A stretch of 64,000 nucleotides of DNA from Acholeplasmataceae bacterium (GTDB taxonomy: Bacteria > Bacillota_I > Bacilli_A > Acholeplasmatales > Acholeplasmataceae), in contig OY763415.1 in NCBI GenBank assembly GCA_963667565.1, positions 832,001 to 896,000 on the forward strand, given 5' to 3'. Made by a program: the position numbers and the translations under genes. Every line of letters starts with the position of its first letter. Position 1 is the stretch's first letter. The notes under the pieces were generated by a model that was given only the letters and a program-made list of their open reading frames with translations, did no database searches and was not told the origin of the DNA. Positions 9,025 to 19,847 of the stretch are shown here, piece after piece.

Positions 9025-11496
9025 TTATCTCCAAGGCATGTTTCTTTGGCCTTTATTTTTTCTTACTTTTGGTTTTTTTGGTTTTGAAGCATCTGATGAT
9101 CCTTCATTTGTTCTTGTATTTTTAACGACTTCTTCACGTTCAGTGTTATATCTGATTTGTGCGCGTAGAGCATATCTAGTTACATCTTGATTGATGTTAT
9201 CTATCATCTCATTAAATAGTCTTAATCCTTCTCTTTGATATACAACAAGTGGGTTTTGTTGAGCATATGATTGTAATCTTACACCTTGACGTAATTCATC
9301 CATGACATCAATATGACGCATCCAGAATGTGTCAATCACTCTAAGCATAACAACTTTTAAAAACTCATTATAAACTTGAGCAGGAACTTCTGCTTTTTTG
9401 CGATCAAGTTCTTCTTTTCCTAAAGATTGAATGTAATCAGTAAAAGCTTCGTGTGTTAGTGTTTCTAGATATTCTTTCTTAATTGTACCTGGTGCAAATA
9501 ATGGACCTTCAAAATGCTTGTATGCAGCATCAAAGTTCACTTCATATACATTTTTTCCTGTTTGTGTAATAAATTGTTCTGCTTGTGCTAAAAGTGTATT
9601 TGAAACTGTTTGTCTAACTTGTTCTTCAATAGATTCTAAAATAAGGACGTCACGACGTTCTTTATAGATGATTTCTCTTTGCTTTCTAATGACATCATCA
9701 TATTTTAAAACTTGCTTACGAGAATCATAGTTATTACCTTCAATACGTTTTTGTGCACTCGTAACAAATCTAGAGAACATTTTAAATGATAAAGGTTCAC
9801 CAGTGGTGTTCATTTTATCTAACATTTCAAGTCTTTGCTTAAATGATTCTCCACCGAATCTAACCATAAGTTCATCATCAGCAGATAAGTAGAAACGTGA
9901 ATATCCTGGATCACCTTGACGACCACTACGTCCTCTTAACTGGTTATCAATTCTTCGTGATTCATGGCGTTCACTACCGATAACGGCAAGTCCACCAAGT
10001 TCAACGACACCTTCACCAAGTTTAATATCTGTCCCACGACCAGCCATATTAGTTGCAATTGTAACAGAACCTTTAAGTCCAGCTTTAGCAACAATTTCAG
10101 CTTCTCTTTCATGGTTTTTAGCATTTAAAACTTCATGAGGTATTCTCATAAGTTTTAATTTTCTTGAAACTAATTCAGAAGTTTCAACTGCAATCGTACC
10201 AATTAAGACTGGTTGACCTTTTTCGAATTTTTCTTTAACTTCATTACATAAAGCATCGAATTTTTCTTCTAAGCCAACATATATAAAATCGGGTTCATCT
10301 TTTCTAATCACAGGTCTATTTGTTGGTACTTCAACAACATCCATGTTATAAATTTCTCTAAATTCTTCTTCTTCAGTTTTTGCAGTCCCAGTCATACCTG
10401 AAAGTTTCTTATACATTCTAAAGAAATTTTGATATGTTATGGTAGCAACTGTCACTGTTTCTTGTTTAATATTAACGCCTTCTTTAGCCTCTAAAGCTTG
10501 ATGAAGACCTTCAGAAAATTGACGACCTTTTAAAATACGACCTGTAAATTGATCGACAATAAGTACTTCGCCATCTTGAACAACATATTCTTTATCTCTT
10601 GCCATAATATAATTTGCACGAAGTGCATTATTGATATGATGAACAAGTGATACATATTTTAAATCATATAAATTATCAATTTGGAATATTTTTTCAGCTT
10701 TTTCAATACCTGCAGGTGTGAGTTCAATTGTTTTTGTTTCTACATCAATTTCAAATTCATCGTCTCTAAGTGATTTTGTAAAACGATCTGCAGACTGATA
10801 TAAATTCATATTATTTTTAGAACCACCAGAAATAATCAGTGGTGTTCTTGCTTCATCAATTAAAATAGAGTCAACTTCATCGATAATTGCATAATTTAAT
10901 CCACGTTGTGCAACCATATCTTTAGCATAAAGTACCATGTGATCTCTTAAATAATCAAATCCTAATTCACTATTTGTTGAATATAGAATATCACAATCGT
11001 AAGCAGCTTTTTTCTCTTCTCTTGTGATATCTCTTAAGTTAAGACCTACTGTTAATCCTAAAAATCTAAAAAGATCACCAATCTCGCCTTCAGTTTCACG
11101 TTTAGCAAGATATTCATTGACTGTAACGATATGAACACCTTCACCGTTTAGTGCACTTAAATAAGCAGGCATAACAGCGGTTAAAGTTTTCCCTTCACCA
11201 GTCTTCATTTCAGCAATGTTACCATGGAAAATAGCAACCGCACCACAGACTTGGACAAAATATGGAAACAGTCCAGTCACACGTCTAGAAGCTTCACGTA
11301 CAACAGCAAAAGCTTCGACCATGAGATCTTCTAACGTTTCTCCATCAATGTATCTTTTTTTGAATTCTTCAGTTTTATTTGTTAATGCTTGGTCAGTCAG
11401 TTTTGCCATCTCATCTTCTAATTTAAATACTTGATGAGCAATGACTTCTGCCTTCTTTAGTTCTTTTTTACCTGGGTCAAATAAGTTTTTAAACAT
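9025..11496 (-). CDS. secA: Preprotein translocase SecA
   Basis: [39 protein letters not shown]. Confidence 0.98.
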   Translation of the reverse strand: MFKNLFDPGKKELKKAEVIAHQVFKLEDEMAKLTDQALTNKTEEFKKRYIDGETLEDLMVEAFAVVREASRRVTGLFPYFVQVCGAVAIFHGNIAEMKTGEGKTLTAVMPAYLSALNGEGVHIVTVNEYLAKRETEGEIGDLFRFLGLTVGLNLRDITREEKKAAYDCDILYSTNSELGFDYLRDHMVLYAKDMVAQRGLNYAIIDEVDSILIDEARTPLIISGGSKNNMNLYQSADRFTKSLRDDEFEIDVETKTIELTPAGIEKAEKIFQIDNLYDLKYVSLVHHINNALRANYIMARDKEYVVQDGEVLIVDQFTGRILKGRQFSEGLHQALEAKEGVNIKQETVTVATITYQNFFRMYKKLSGMTGTAKTEEEEFREIYNMDVVEVPTNRPVIRKDEPDFIYVGLEEKFDALCNEVKEKFEKGQPVLIGTIAVETSELVSRKLKLMRIPHEVLNAKNHEREAEIVAKAGLKGSVTIATNMAGRGTDIKLGEGVVELGGLAVIGSERHESRRIDNQLRGRSGRQGDPGYSRFYLSADDELMVRFGGESFKQRLEMLDKMNTTGEPLSFKMFSRFVTSAQKRIEGNNYDSRKQVLKYDDVIRKQREIIYKERRDVLILESIEEQVRQTVSNTLLAQAEQFITQTGKNVYEVNFDAAYKHFEGPLFAPGTIKKEYLETLTHEAFTDYIQSLGKEELDRKKAEVPAQVYNEFLKVVMLRVIDTFWMRHIDVMDELRQGVRLQSYAQQNPLVVYQREGLRLFNEMIDNINQDVTRYALRAQIRYNTEREEVVKNTRTNEGSSDASKPKKPKVRKNKGQRNMPWR

Positions 11497-11613
11497 ATGT
11501 ACACTTCCTTTGCATTCTCTATTATATTACTATAATAGAGCGATTTTTACAACAATCTTAAGTGCTTTAAAGACATTTTACACAATTTAACAATATATCA
11601 ATTTAAAATTGAC

Positions 11614-11641
11614 AAAAAAAATAGAATGCATCGCATTCTAT
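11614..11641 (-). terminator. Intrinsic terminator after lemA
   Basis: ATAGAATGC/GCATTCTAT stem plus T run on the minus strand. Confidence 0.7.
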
Positions 11642-11658
11642 CATTTTTATTTTATAAA

Positions 11659-12207
11659 TTAAAAATCAAATTTAACGTCTTGACGTTTAGCTTCTTCAGC
11701 TTCAAAGAATTCACGTTTAGTAAATTTCTTCCAATTAGCGATTACACTACTTGGGAAAACTACTAATTTTTGATTGTATACAGATACATTTGAATTGTAT
11801 ACTCTTCTAGCTGCTTGTAAGTTTTCTTCAACTTCAGTAGTAGAATCTTGAAGTTTTGCAACATTTGCAGATGCTTTTAAGTCAGGATATTGTTCTACAA
11901 CTACATTGATTGCTTCTAATCCTCTTGTCATTTGATTTGCAAATTCTTGTTTTTCTTTCATACTTGCACCATGACCAGGTTGACGCATTGCAACAACTTC
12001 AGTTAATGTGTCTTTTTCATGTTTCATGTAACCTTTAGTTGCAGCAAACATTTTCGTTAATAAATCAAATCTCTTAGTTAATGCAACATCAATACTTGAT
12101 TCAGATTCATCAATTTTAACTTGCATGACTCTAAATTGATTTGTTGTTGAAATAACCCAAAAAATAATGATGACTGCTACGACAGCAGCTCCTATAGCAT
12201 ATGGCAT
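11659..12207 (-). CDS. lemA: LemA-family protein
   Basis: N-terminal TM; EQYPDLKAS, ARRVYN and FPSSVIA motifs. Confidence 0.92.
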   Translation of the reverse strand: MPYAIGAAVVAVIIIFWVISTTNQFRVMQVKIDESESSIDVALTKRFDLLTKMFAATKGYMKHEKDTLTEVVAMRQPGHGASMKEKQEFANQMTRGLEAINVVVEQYPDLKASANVAKLQDSTTEVEENLQAARRVYNSNVSVYNQKLVVFPSSVIANWKKFTKREFFEAEEAKRQDVKFDF

Positions 12208-12221
12208 ATAATTTCTCCTTT

Positions 12222-12308
12222 TTATTCTTCTTTATCATGAGATCCAAAGATCACAAATAACATAATTCCAATAAATATTAGTCCTAATACAACAATTCCA
12301 ATACCCAT
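12222..12308 (-). CDS. Unannotated 28-aa single-pass membrane peptide
   Basis: MGIGIVVLGLIFIGIMLFVIFGSHDKEE*; fills the gap between the DUF3137 gene and lemA on the same strand; AGGGG 13 nt upstream of ATG. Confidence 0.65.
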   Translation of the reverse strand: MGIGIVVLGLIFIGIMLFVIFGSHDKEE

Positions 12309-12327
12309 ATAACTTCAATTTCCCCTA

Positions 12328-13236
12328 TTAATCCTGTTTCTTGAATTTTTGACTATCCAATCTAAACTCATTAATGATTGCAGCAATCATCTCAATATCA
12401 TCAAGCACTGGCTTTAATGCTTCTTCAGTTACTGGTTTCTTATAAGAGAATTCTAAGTAGTCCTTACGATCATTGATACCAATATGTAACTCATTATCCA
12501 TAAAACAATAAAGAATTTGTCCACGATGCATTTTTTCTAATTTAAGTAGTTTTTCAATCATTGAAGACGTGATTTGATAAAATCCATATTCTTTTGAAGT
12601 TGCATAAATCGTGAATTTTTTATTGAATTCGATACTTTCTGTATCCATTTTTTCGAATCCTTTTTTATTAAATCCGAAACGCGATTCAATAATTTTAAGT
12701 CCATCTTTAAAATGACGTTCAAAACGATAAGTAATCCAACGTCCTTTAAAGTAAGTATCATAAGTATAATAAACATTGCCCTTAGAATCTCTGTGTTCAA
12801 CTCTTTCTTTTAAATCAAGATCAGAAGTTTCAAATTGAATCCCTTTATAACTTGCTCTAAAATAATCTTCCATCGTATAACGATCTGGTCTTTTTACAGT
12901 ATCAGTCTTAAGGACATTTTGAAGTCCTATTCCACCTTTTTGATCATAGAATACATCTTCATATGTTTCTTTTAAAAGGGTTGTAACAAGTTCATTCTTA
13001 ACAACTTTGTTATATTGTTGGATATAACCATATCCTTTTCCAATAATGACAAATCCAACAATTAAAATCACAAATCCAACAGCGACTAAAGCAAAGATGC
13101 TTAATAGTGCTCCAGCTACAATGATTAATATCCCTGGAATGATAAATAATAAACTTTTATTTCTTTCTTTTGCGTAAGATTCGACTGCATTGAGTCTTTT
13201 TTGCTCAATCGCTTCAAGTTGTTTCATTGACATCAC
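12328..13236 (-). CDS. DUF3137-like membrane protein
   Basis: Two N-terminal TMs; FKGRW and ESIEFNKKF motifs; adjacent to lemA. Confidence 0.7.
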   Translation of the reverse strand: MMSMKQLEAIEQKRLNAVESYAKERNKSLLFIIPGILIIVAGALLSIFALVAVGFVILIVGFVIIGKGYGYIQQYNKVVKNELVTTLLKETYEDVFYDQKGGIGLQNVLKTDTVKRPDRYTMEDYFRASYKGIQFETSDLDLKERVEHRDSKGNVYYTYDTYFKGRWITYRFERHFKDGLKIIESRFGFNKKGFEKMDTESIEFNKKFTIYATSKEYGFYQITSSMIEKLLKLEKMHRGQILYCFMDNELHIGINDRKDYLEFSYKKPVTEEALKPVLDDIEMIAAIINEFRLDSQKFKKQD

Positions 13237-13247
13237 CTGAAACTATT

Positions 13248-14396
13248 TTATAATAATTCTTTAAATAATTCAATCTTATCGAGTTTTTCCCATGTAAAAT
13301 CCGTATTTGACTTTCCAAAATGGCCATATTGTGTGGTTTTACGATATATAGGTTTATTTAAATCAAGTGTTTTTATGATACCTCTTGGTGTTAAATCAAA
13401 TTGATTAATCACTGTGTTATATATAAGGTCATGATCAACTTTTTCTGTTCCAAAAGTATTAATATTAACTGAAATGGGTTCTGCAATACCAATGGCATAC
13501 GCAAGTTGAATTTCACATGCATCAGCAATACCTGATGCAACGATATTTTTGGCAATATATCTTGCCATATATGCAGCTGAACGGTCAACTTTTGTTGCAT
13601 CTTTACCTGAAAATGCACCTCCACCATGTCTAGCATATCCACCATATGTATCTACAATAATCTTACGACCAGTGAGCCCAGCATCACCATGAGGTCCACC
13701 CATAACAAACCTTCCTGTTGGATTAATCTTAAACTCTGTATTTGTTAAATCATAATCTTTAAATACTGGCTTAATGACATGTTTGATCATCGCTTGATGT
13801 AAATCTTCTTGATGCCATTCAGGATCGTGTTGTGTTGATAAGACAATCGTGTGAATAAATGCAAACTTATGATTTTCATCATAAGCAATCGTGACTTGTG
13901 TTTTTCCATCAGGACGAAGACCTTTAACAATATCTTGTTTACGAACGTATGTTAATCTTTCTGCTAATCTATGTGCTAAATAAATAGGCAATGGTAAAAA
14001 TGTGTCAGTATCATTGTTTGCATAACCAAACATAAAACCTTGATCACCAGCACCTAATGATTTCTTTTCTTTTTTATTAACACCTAGAGCAATATCATCT
14101 GATTGTTTTTTGACTCTGACTTCAACTTTTACTTCATCAGCATTATAACCATATGCTTCTTTGTTATAGCCGATAAACTTGATTGCATCTTTGACAACTC
14201 TTTCATAATCTATGGTTGCGTTACTTGTAATTTCACCAAATAATAAAGCGTAGTTGGTCGTTACTGCAGTTTCAATTGCCACTCTAGAAAATGGATCTTG
14301 CTCTAAACATGCATCTAAAATAGAATCTGAAATATAATCAGCTACTTTATCTGGATGTCCCTCTGTGACGGATTCACTACTAAATAATTGATACAT
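13248..14396 (-). CDS. metK: S-adenosylmethionine synthetase
   Basis: SESVTEGHPDK, GAGDQG, GGGAFSGKD. Confidence 0.98.
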   Translation of the reverse strand: MYQLFSSESVTEGHPDKVADYISDSILDACLEQDPFSRVAIETAVTTNYALLFGEITSNATIDYERVVKDAIKFIGYNKEAYGYNADEVKVEVRVKKQSDDIALGVNKKEKKSLGAGDQGFMFGYANNDTDTFLPLPIYLAHRLAERLTYVRKQDIVKGLRPDGKTQVTIAYDENHKFAFIHTIVLSTQHDPEWHQEDLHQAMIKHVIKPVFKDYDLTNTEFKINPTGRFVMGGPHGDAGLTGRKIIVDTYGGYARHGGGAFSGKDATKVDRSAAYMARYIAKNIVASGIADACEIQLAYAIGIAEPISVNINTFGTEKVDHDLIYNTVINQFDLTPRGIIKTLDLNKPIYRKTTQYGHFGKSNTDFTWEKLDKIELFKELL

Positions 14397-14412
14397 AAAA
14401 AAAACCTCCTGT

Positions 14413-14549
14413 TAAAAAACAAAACGCTTCTCGAAGGAAAAGCGTCTGTTTTCCTTATTGATAGACTTATTAGTCCCTTGTGGAAGCACCTAATTTAAGT
14501 AGGTTGCTGCTATATCACCGGCCACGTTCCTCTATAGCTCTTAATAAAG
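14413..14549 (-). ncRNA. SAM-I (S-box) riboswitch with terminator
   Basis: Minus strand TTATTAAGAGCTATAGAGGAACGTGGCCGGTGATATAGCAGCAACC...GGTGC...AATAAGG matches the SAM-I core; then ACGCTTTTC/GAGAAGCGT stem and T run directly before the metK RBS. Confidence 0.85.
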
Positions 14550-14578
14550 TAAAATATTAATTTTATACTTGCGTAATC

Positions 14579-14607
14579 ATATTACATGAAAGATCACTTA
14601 AAGTCAA
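14579..14607 (-). promoter_or_regulatory. Candidate sigmaA promoter of the metK leader
   Basis: TTGACT-17 nt-TAATAT. Confidence 0.5.
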
Positions 14608-14623
14608 TCATTATCTTTTCAGA

Positions 14624-15946
14624 TTAGAAATTATTATACATTTCCATAAATTCATCATTAAATTTTAAAAATCTCTCTTTCAAATTGTAATCAAAAAATG
14701 TTCCTAATTCATTTTGAAAAGCTTTTAAAACAATCGAATGAGCAAGTGGTCTCTTATAAGATTTAGGTCCTCTCATTGTCATATATAAATCACTTAACAA
14801 AATGATTTGAGAATCAATTTCTGGTTGAATATCTAGCATATCTTTAATGAAATGCTCATTAATTGTTTCTTCAATATATGCTCTTGCGATATCTTCACAT
14901 TTTTGAGCTAACTGCAAGCGTCTAGCGATTTGTGACCCTAATTCTGTTTTTGCTTTAAGTAAATCAAATGTTTGCTCATCATAATGATTCATGTCATCAA
15001 GCATGTTTTTGATTTCGCTAAATTGTAAATGAATCATTGCATATTGATTCATCTGATTAATATCTTCAATATTCAAACCGAAATACCCACCTAGTTTTTC
15101 ACTCATTTGTTGGACTAGATAAGCATGTCTTTTATCCATAAGTGCATATGAACTTGAAAATACAACCGAGAATAAATCACCGACGATATGTGAAAAGTCA
15201 CGTTGAACCTGTCTTCTTTTCATAAGTTCATTACGTCTTTCTTCTTGCATATATTGTCCCATTGAAACAATGGCATAAACAACGAAGTAAAACAGGATAA
15301 ATAATAATGTTCTCAATAATATATCGCTAAATTCAGGTAAAGTCACAAATGTAAATCTTAAAAATTCTACAAACGATTGATTACCAACAATTTCTTGAAA
15401 ATTATATGTCCAAACCAAATGGATAAACGTCAGAAGTGCAAGTAATCCTTGAAAACTTCCACTTAATACTTTTTTCTCTTGATATAAGGATATAACGACA
15501 ACTGCATAATACATAAGAATGTATGCAGCAGTTTCAAAATAATCTATATTATAAAGTCTTGCATAGATTAATATTGCTGAAAAGAATATATATAAGGATG
15601 CAACATACATTGCGACCATTTGTTTAGTTCTATCATGTTGATCCAAAAAGATTAATTTTCTTAACAGTTTATTAATTGCATAAGTGATTGGAAAAATGAT
15701 CACAGTCATCACCCAATTACTCACTTTTGTATCTGGATTAGTATTGGTAATTGATAAGACAAATAAGATAAGTGAATACATCATATTGGTAATGAAGATG
15801 ATGTTCTTGATGACGACGTTTTTTCTAAAAAGAACTGCGACATCATCTGTAATATCAATGCCTTGCTCAAAACCAAAAAATTTAGCAAAGATTTCTCTGC
15901 CAAATAGTTTGATGCCAAATTTTTTGCGTTTTGATTTTAATGCCAT
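14624..15946 (-). CDS. Multi-pass membrane protein with degenerate HD-GYP-like C-terminal domain
   Basis: ~6 TMs; C-terminus SQIILLSDLYMTMRGPKSYKR...GTFFD follows the HD-GYP tail pattern; the HD dyad reads HL. Confidence 0.6.
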   Translation of the reverse strand: MALKSKRKKFGIKLFGREIFAKFFGFEQGIDITDDVAVLFRKNVVIKNIIFITNMMYSLILFVLSITNTNPDTKVSNWVMTVIIFPITYAINKLLRKLIFLDQHDRTKQMVAMYVASLYIFFSAILIYARLYNIDYFETAAYILMYYAVVVISLYQEKKVLSGSFQGLLALLTFIHLVWTYNFQEIVGNQSFVEFLRFTFVTLPEFSDILLRTLLFILFYFVVYAIVSMGQYMQEERRNELMKRRQVQRDFSHIVGDLFSVVFSSSYALMDKRHAYLVQQMSEKLGGYFGLNIEDINQMNQYAMIHLQFSEIKNMLDDMNHYDEQTFDLLKAKTELGSQIARRLQLAQKCEDIARAYIEETINEHFIKDMLDIQPEIDSQIILLSDLYMTMRGPKSYKRPLAHSIVLKAFQNELGTFFDYNLKERFLKFNDEFMEMYNNF

Positions 15947-15956
15947 ATATGATCTC

Positions 15957-16520
15957 CTATTTTAAATCAAATAATGAGAATCTTTCTACATGAATATCTT
16001 CGTGTGCTAAATCTTCGTTCATGATTTGTGCAACTCTTGTAGATGCTGCTGCTGCAATCGCACCAACAATATCATCTAAGAATGTGTGACATACACCTTC
16101 TTTTTTTCCATCTTCGTTTAATTTTTGTACAATACCATGTTTATTGACATCAATGTCACCAAAATTAGTTTGTCCAATAGTTCCATATAATCCTGACACA
16201 TCAAGTCCCATTGTTTCATCAACACCAAATAAGCCTAAATCGTCATGGATAATATCTTGAATTGGTCCTTTAAACATACGTTCTTCTGCTAATCTATCAA
16301 TTTCACATGCAAGTTGAACATGATGAAAAATATCTCTTAAAGATAAAATTTTTTCAACAGATTCCACACAAATTTTCATTGAAACTTGATCAGAATATTT
16401 TGATTGTTGTTGAAAACTAATCTCTGCGATTGATTGAATATCAACGCCTCTTTGAGCCAATATCTGTTTATTAAGCTCTAACATTTCAGATCTTGTAAAT
16501 AGCAATTTCTTTTTAGCCAT
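15957..16520 (-). CDS. pgpA: Phosphatidylglycerophosphatase A family (YutG-like)
   Basis: LFGVDE, YGTIGQTNFG, HTFLDDIVGAIAAAA; start moved to the ATG after GGTGG. Confidence 0.85.
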   Translation of the reverse strand: MAKKKLLFTRSEMLELNKQILAQRGVDIQSIAEISFQQQSKYSDQVSMKICVESVEKILSLRDIFHHVQLACEIDRLAEERMFKGPIQDIIHDDLGLFGVDETMGLDVSGLYGTIGQTNFGDIDVNKHGIVQKLNEDGKKEGVCHTFLDDIVGAIAAAASTRVAQIMNEDLAHEDIHVERFSLFDLK

Positions 16521-17448
16521 GCGTATTACCACCTTTTATAATTTCTCCTTTTTTAAATAGTTGTTGACCATTTAAAAAATCTTTAGCGAGCATACGTTTT
16601 TTTCCTGGAATTTGTAATTCTATAATGTCTAATACGCCATCAATTGTTTTTATTAACAATTGTTTTTTAGCAAGTAGAATTTCACCAGGTAACGCGTTCT
16701 CTACTATTATATCACTTTTTTTAGCTTGATAAATCTTTATATGTTGACCTAAATAATCAAAATGAGCACCTGGTTCATCATATAAACCTCTTATTTTATT
16801 GATGATCATTTTTATAGGTTGTTCAAAATTAATTTCTTCATCTTCATATTTAATCGTATACGCAAATGTCACTTGTGATTCGTCTTGTACAAATCTTTCC
16901 TTAATTCCATTTGATAAATCAGTTAATACTTCATCTAATAAATTGGCACCTAGAACACTGAGTTTATCGACGAGTGTAAGATACGTATCCTCTTCCAAAA
17001 TAGGTATTGACTTTTGCTTAATGACATCCCCACTATCCATCTGATATGCCATGTACATGATTGATATACCTGTTTCATCATCACCATTAAAAAGTGCATA
17101 TTGAATAGGTGCACCTCCACGATATTTAGGAAGTAGTGAACCATGGACATTTAATGATGTAATGGGTTCAATGAGTCCTTTAGGTAGCATTTGACCATAT
17201 GCAGCAGTAATTAATAAGTCTGGTTTTAAATCAATAATTTTTTGATAATCTTTTCTAAGTTTGCTTGGTTGAAATACTTCTATTTGATGTTTTTGTGCAC
17301 ACATTTTAACAGGAGACATTGTAAGCACTTTTTTTCTTCCAACTTCTTTATCAGGTTGTGTAACAACCAATAATACTTCATGCTTTTCTATCAACATTTC
17401 TAATGTTGGAACTGCAAATTTTGGAGTTCCTAAAAATACAATTTTCAT
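16513..17448 (-). CDS. fmt: Methionyl-tRNA formyltransferase
   Basis: FLGTPKFA, NVHGSLLPKYRGGAP. Confidence 0.97.
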   Translation of the reverse strand: MKIVFLGTPKFAVPTLEMLIEKHEVLLVVTQPDKEVGRKKVLTMSPVKMCAQKHQIEVFQPSKLRKDYQKIIDLKPDLLITAAYGQMLPKGLIEPITSLNVHGSLLPKYRGGAPIQYALFNGDDETGISIMYMAYQMDSGDVIKQKSIPILEEDTYLTLVDKLSVLGANLLDEVLTDLSNGIKERFVQDESQVTFAYTIKYEDEEINFEQPIKMIINKIRGLYDEPGAHFDYLGQHIKIYQAKKSDIIVENALPGEILLAKKQLLIKTIDGVLDIIELQIPGKKRMLAKDFLNGQQLFKKGEIIKGGNTHG

Positions 17449-17456
17449 GTTATCAC

Positions 17457-19769
17457 CTACACTAATTCTTGATTTGGATAATATTTTATCCTTGTTTCTT
17501 TGGATTCGACTTGATCGATATATTCAAATATTTTAGAATCAAATATTTTATATTTAAGTGTCATAACAAAACGATAATCATCCCCTATTTTTTTAATATA
17601 TGCCGGGGTGGGACCTAAGACACTATATGTATTTATTTGTTCAATATGTTTTTTTAATCTAAATGCATTTTGATATGTTTTTAAATAGGATTTTCCTTCT
17701 ACAAGTAATTGAGCTATATGCATAAAAGGTTCATAATTCGCTATTTTACGATCATATAATGCCGATTGATAAAAAGTTTCATAGGCATCTTTTGCATGTT
17801 TTATAGCATAGTGATTTAAATCGTAACCTTGAATAATCACATCGCCTTGAGTAAACCGTCCAGATCTTCCTGAAATTTGAGTTAAAAGCGTATAAGCTTT
17901 TTCACTCGCTAAATATGAAGGAATTCTAAGCATGAGATCTGCCATTAAAACACCAACAAGTGTGACTTTAGGAAAATCTAGTCCTTTTGCGATCATTTGA
18001 GTTCCTAATAATATATCAGCGTCAGCTTCATTGAATTGATGCCATATCATCTCATGACTACCTTTAGTCTTGGCCACGTTAGCATCCATTCTTAAAATTC
18101 TAGCCTGACTAAATGCCTTTTTGAGTGCTTTTTCGACTTGTTCAATACCAACACCAACTTCTTTGATTTGAGTACTTTGACACACTGAACAATGATCTTT
18201 ATACATTTCTTCGTGACCACAATAATGGCATTTTAATTTTTGATCATCTTTATAATAAGTAAGCGCAATACCACATGTTGGACATGTCGGTACATGACCA
18301 CAAGTTCTACACATCACAAATGGAGCGTATCCTTTTCTGTTAAATAAAATCATTACTTGTTCTTTTTTAGATAATCGATCTAAAATTGCTTGTTCAAGTT
18401 TTCTAGAAAACATGGATGTGTTTGAAGCTTTTAGTTCATCTTTCATGTCAACAAGCTCAATATGTGGAAGTTTTATACCATTGGGTCTTTGATTTAATTC
18501 ATGTAATTGATACACCTGATTTTTGGCTTGATAATATCTAGTTACTTTTGGAGTCGCACTTCCTAATACAATAGAAATATCTTTAATTAGAGCTCTTAAT
18601 TCCAATACATCAATCGCATCATAGATGACAGATTCATTTTGGATATAAGAATCGTCATGTGATTCATCTATAATGATTAAACCTAATGCTTTAAAAGGTA
18701 AAAATGAAGCACTTCTCGTACCTAATAAAATTCTAGACTCTCCTTCTTTAATTGCGATATATGCATCTAATCTCTCTCCAGATGATAAGGCACTGTGATA
18801 AATTTCTACATCATCAAACTTAGATTTTAATCGTTGTGCCATAGGTGCAATCAGTGTGATTTCAGGGACTAAGATCATCACTTGTTTATGCTGTTTTAAC
18901 ACTTCTTCAATCAGGTTTAGATAAATTTCTGTTTTACCAGAACCCGTAACACCTTTAATCAAATGTTTCTCATGGTGATTTAATCCAATTTTAATATGTT
19001 CAAAAATTTTGGATTGATCTTTGGTGAGTGAAATTTTTTTATCATTTAATTTAAAAACATGAGAAACATCTCTTTTGATTTTTACTTCTAATTTTGAAAG
19101 TACGCCATGTTTAACAAGTGTCTTTATGGATGAGATACTTAAACCTAAGTCAATGAGTTCATCTTTCGAGTGGATTTGATCTTTTAATAAGATGAGCACA
19201 TCCTCATATATAGATGCTCTTTGATATTGATGATTCTTATTGAATTGATATTTTGTTTCATATTTTTCTTTTGTTTTTTGTTCATATATTTGCTTAATTT
19301 CGATTGCATTCATAGCATTATATTTTCTTAATTTATAATCATACTCATGATTGTTTTTAGATATCGTTAACATGTTTTTATGATTAAATAACTGTTTAAA
19401 AGATGCATCTACCAGATCAGGATTAAGTAATGTAATTTGTTTTTTGTATTTAAGTTGTATTTGAGATGGAACGACAGTTTCAAATATCGCTGCGTAAATT
19501 TGATGTGTTTTTTCATAAATATCATCAATGATTTTAAAAGTTTCTTCATCAACTGTTGGTTGAACATCTAAAATGTCTACGATCTCTTTATTTGCCTTCT
19601 CACTTTTATCAAAAATAGAGATCACATATCCCATTCTAAGTTGCTCACCAAAAGGAACGACAACGCGCATACCACGTTTTATGCTTAAAACATCTTCGTC
19701 TTTAATGATGTAATCAAATTGTCTATTAATCTCTTTGTTTTTAATATCAACTATGACACTTGCAAACAT
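17457..19769 (-). CDS. priA: Primosomal protein N'
   Basis: GVTGSGKTE, DESHD, four CxxC pairs, GTQMIAKGLDF; start at MFASVIVD. Confidence 0.96.
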   Translation of the reverse strand: MFASVIVDIKNKEINRQFDYIIKDEDVLSIKRGMRVVVPFGEQLRMGYVISIFDKSEKANKEIVDILDVQPTVDEETFKIIDDIYEKTHQIYAAIFETVVPSQIQLKYKKQITLLNPDLVDASFKQLFNHKNMLTISKNNHEYDYKLRKYNAMNAIEIKQIYEQKTKEKYETKYQFNKNHQYQRASIYEDVLILLKDQIHSKDELIDLGLSISSIKTLVKHGVLSKLEVKIKRDVSHVFKLNDKKISLTKDQSKIFEHIKIGLNHHEKHLIKGVTGSGKTEIYLNLIEEVLKQHKQVMILVPEITLIAPMAQRLKSKFDDVEIYHSALSSGERLDAYIAIKEGESRILLGTRSASFLPFKALGLIIIDESHDDSYIQNESVIYDAIDVLELRALIKDISIVLGSATPKVTRYYQAKNQVYQLHELNQRPNGIKLPHIELVDMKDELKASNTSMFSRKLEQAILDRLSKKEQVMILFNRKGYAPFVMCRTCGHVPTCPTCGIALTYYKDDQKLKCHYCGHEEMYKDHCSVCQSTQIKEVGVGIEQVEKALKKAFSQARILRMDANVAKTKGSHEMIWHQFNEADADILLGTQMIAKGLDFPKVTLVGVLMADLMLRIPSYLASEKAYTLLTQISGRSGRFTQGDVIIQGYDLNHYAIKHAKDAYETFYQSALYDRKIANYEPFMHIAQLLVEGKSYLKTYQNAFRLKKHIEQINTYSVLGPTPAYIKKIGDDYRFVMTLKYKIFDSKIFEYIDQVESKETRIKYYPNQELV

Positions 19770-19847
19770 AACTTTCACCCTATTTATATTATACAATATT
19801 GTATAACATAAGCATATTTTATCTTTGATAAAAAAAAGTAACCGAAG

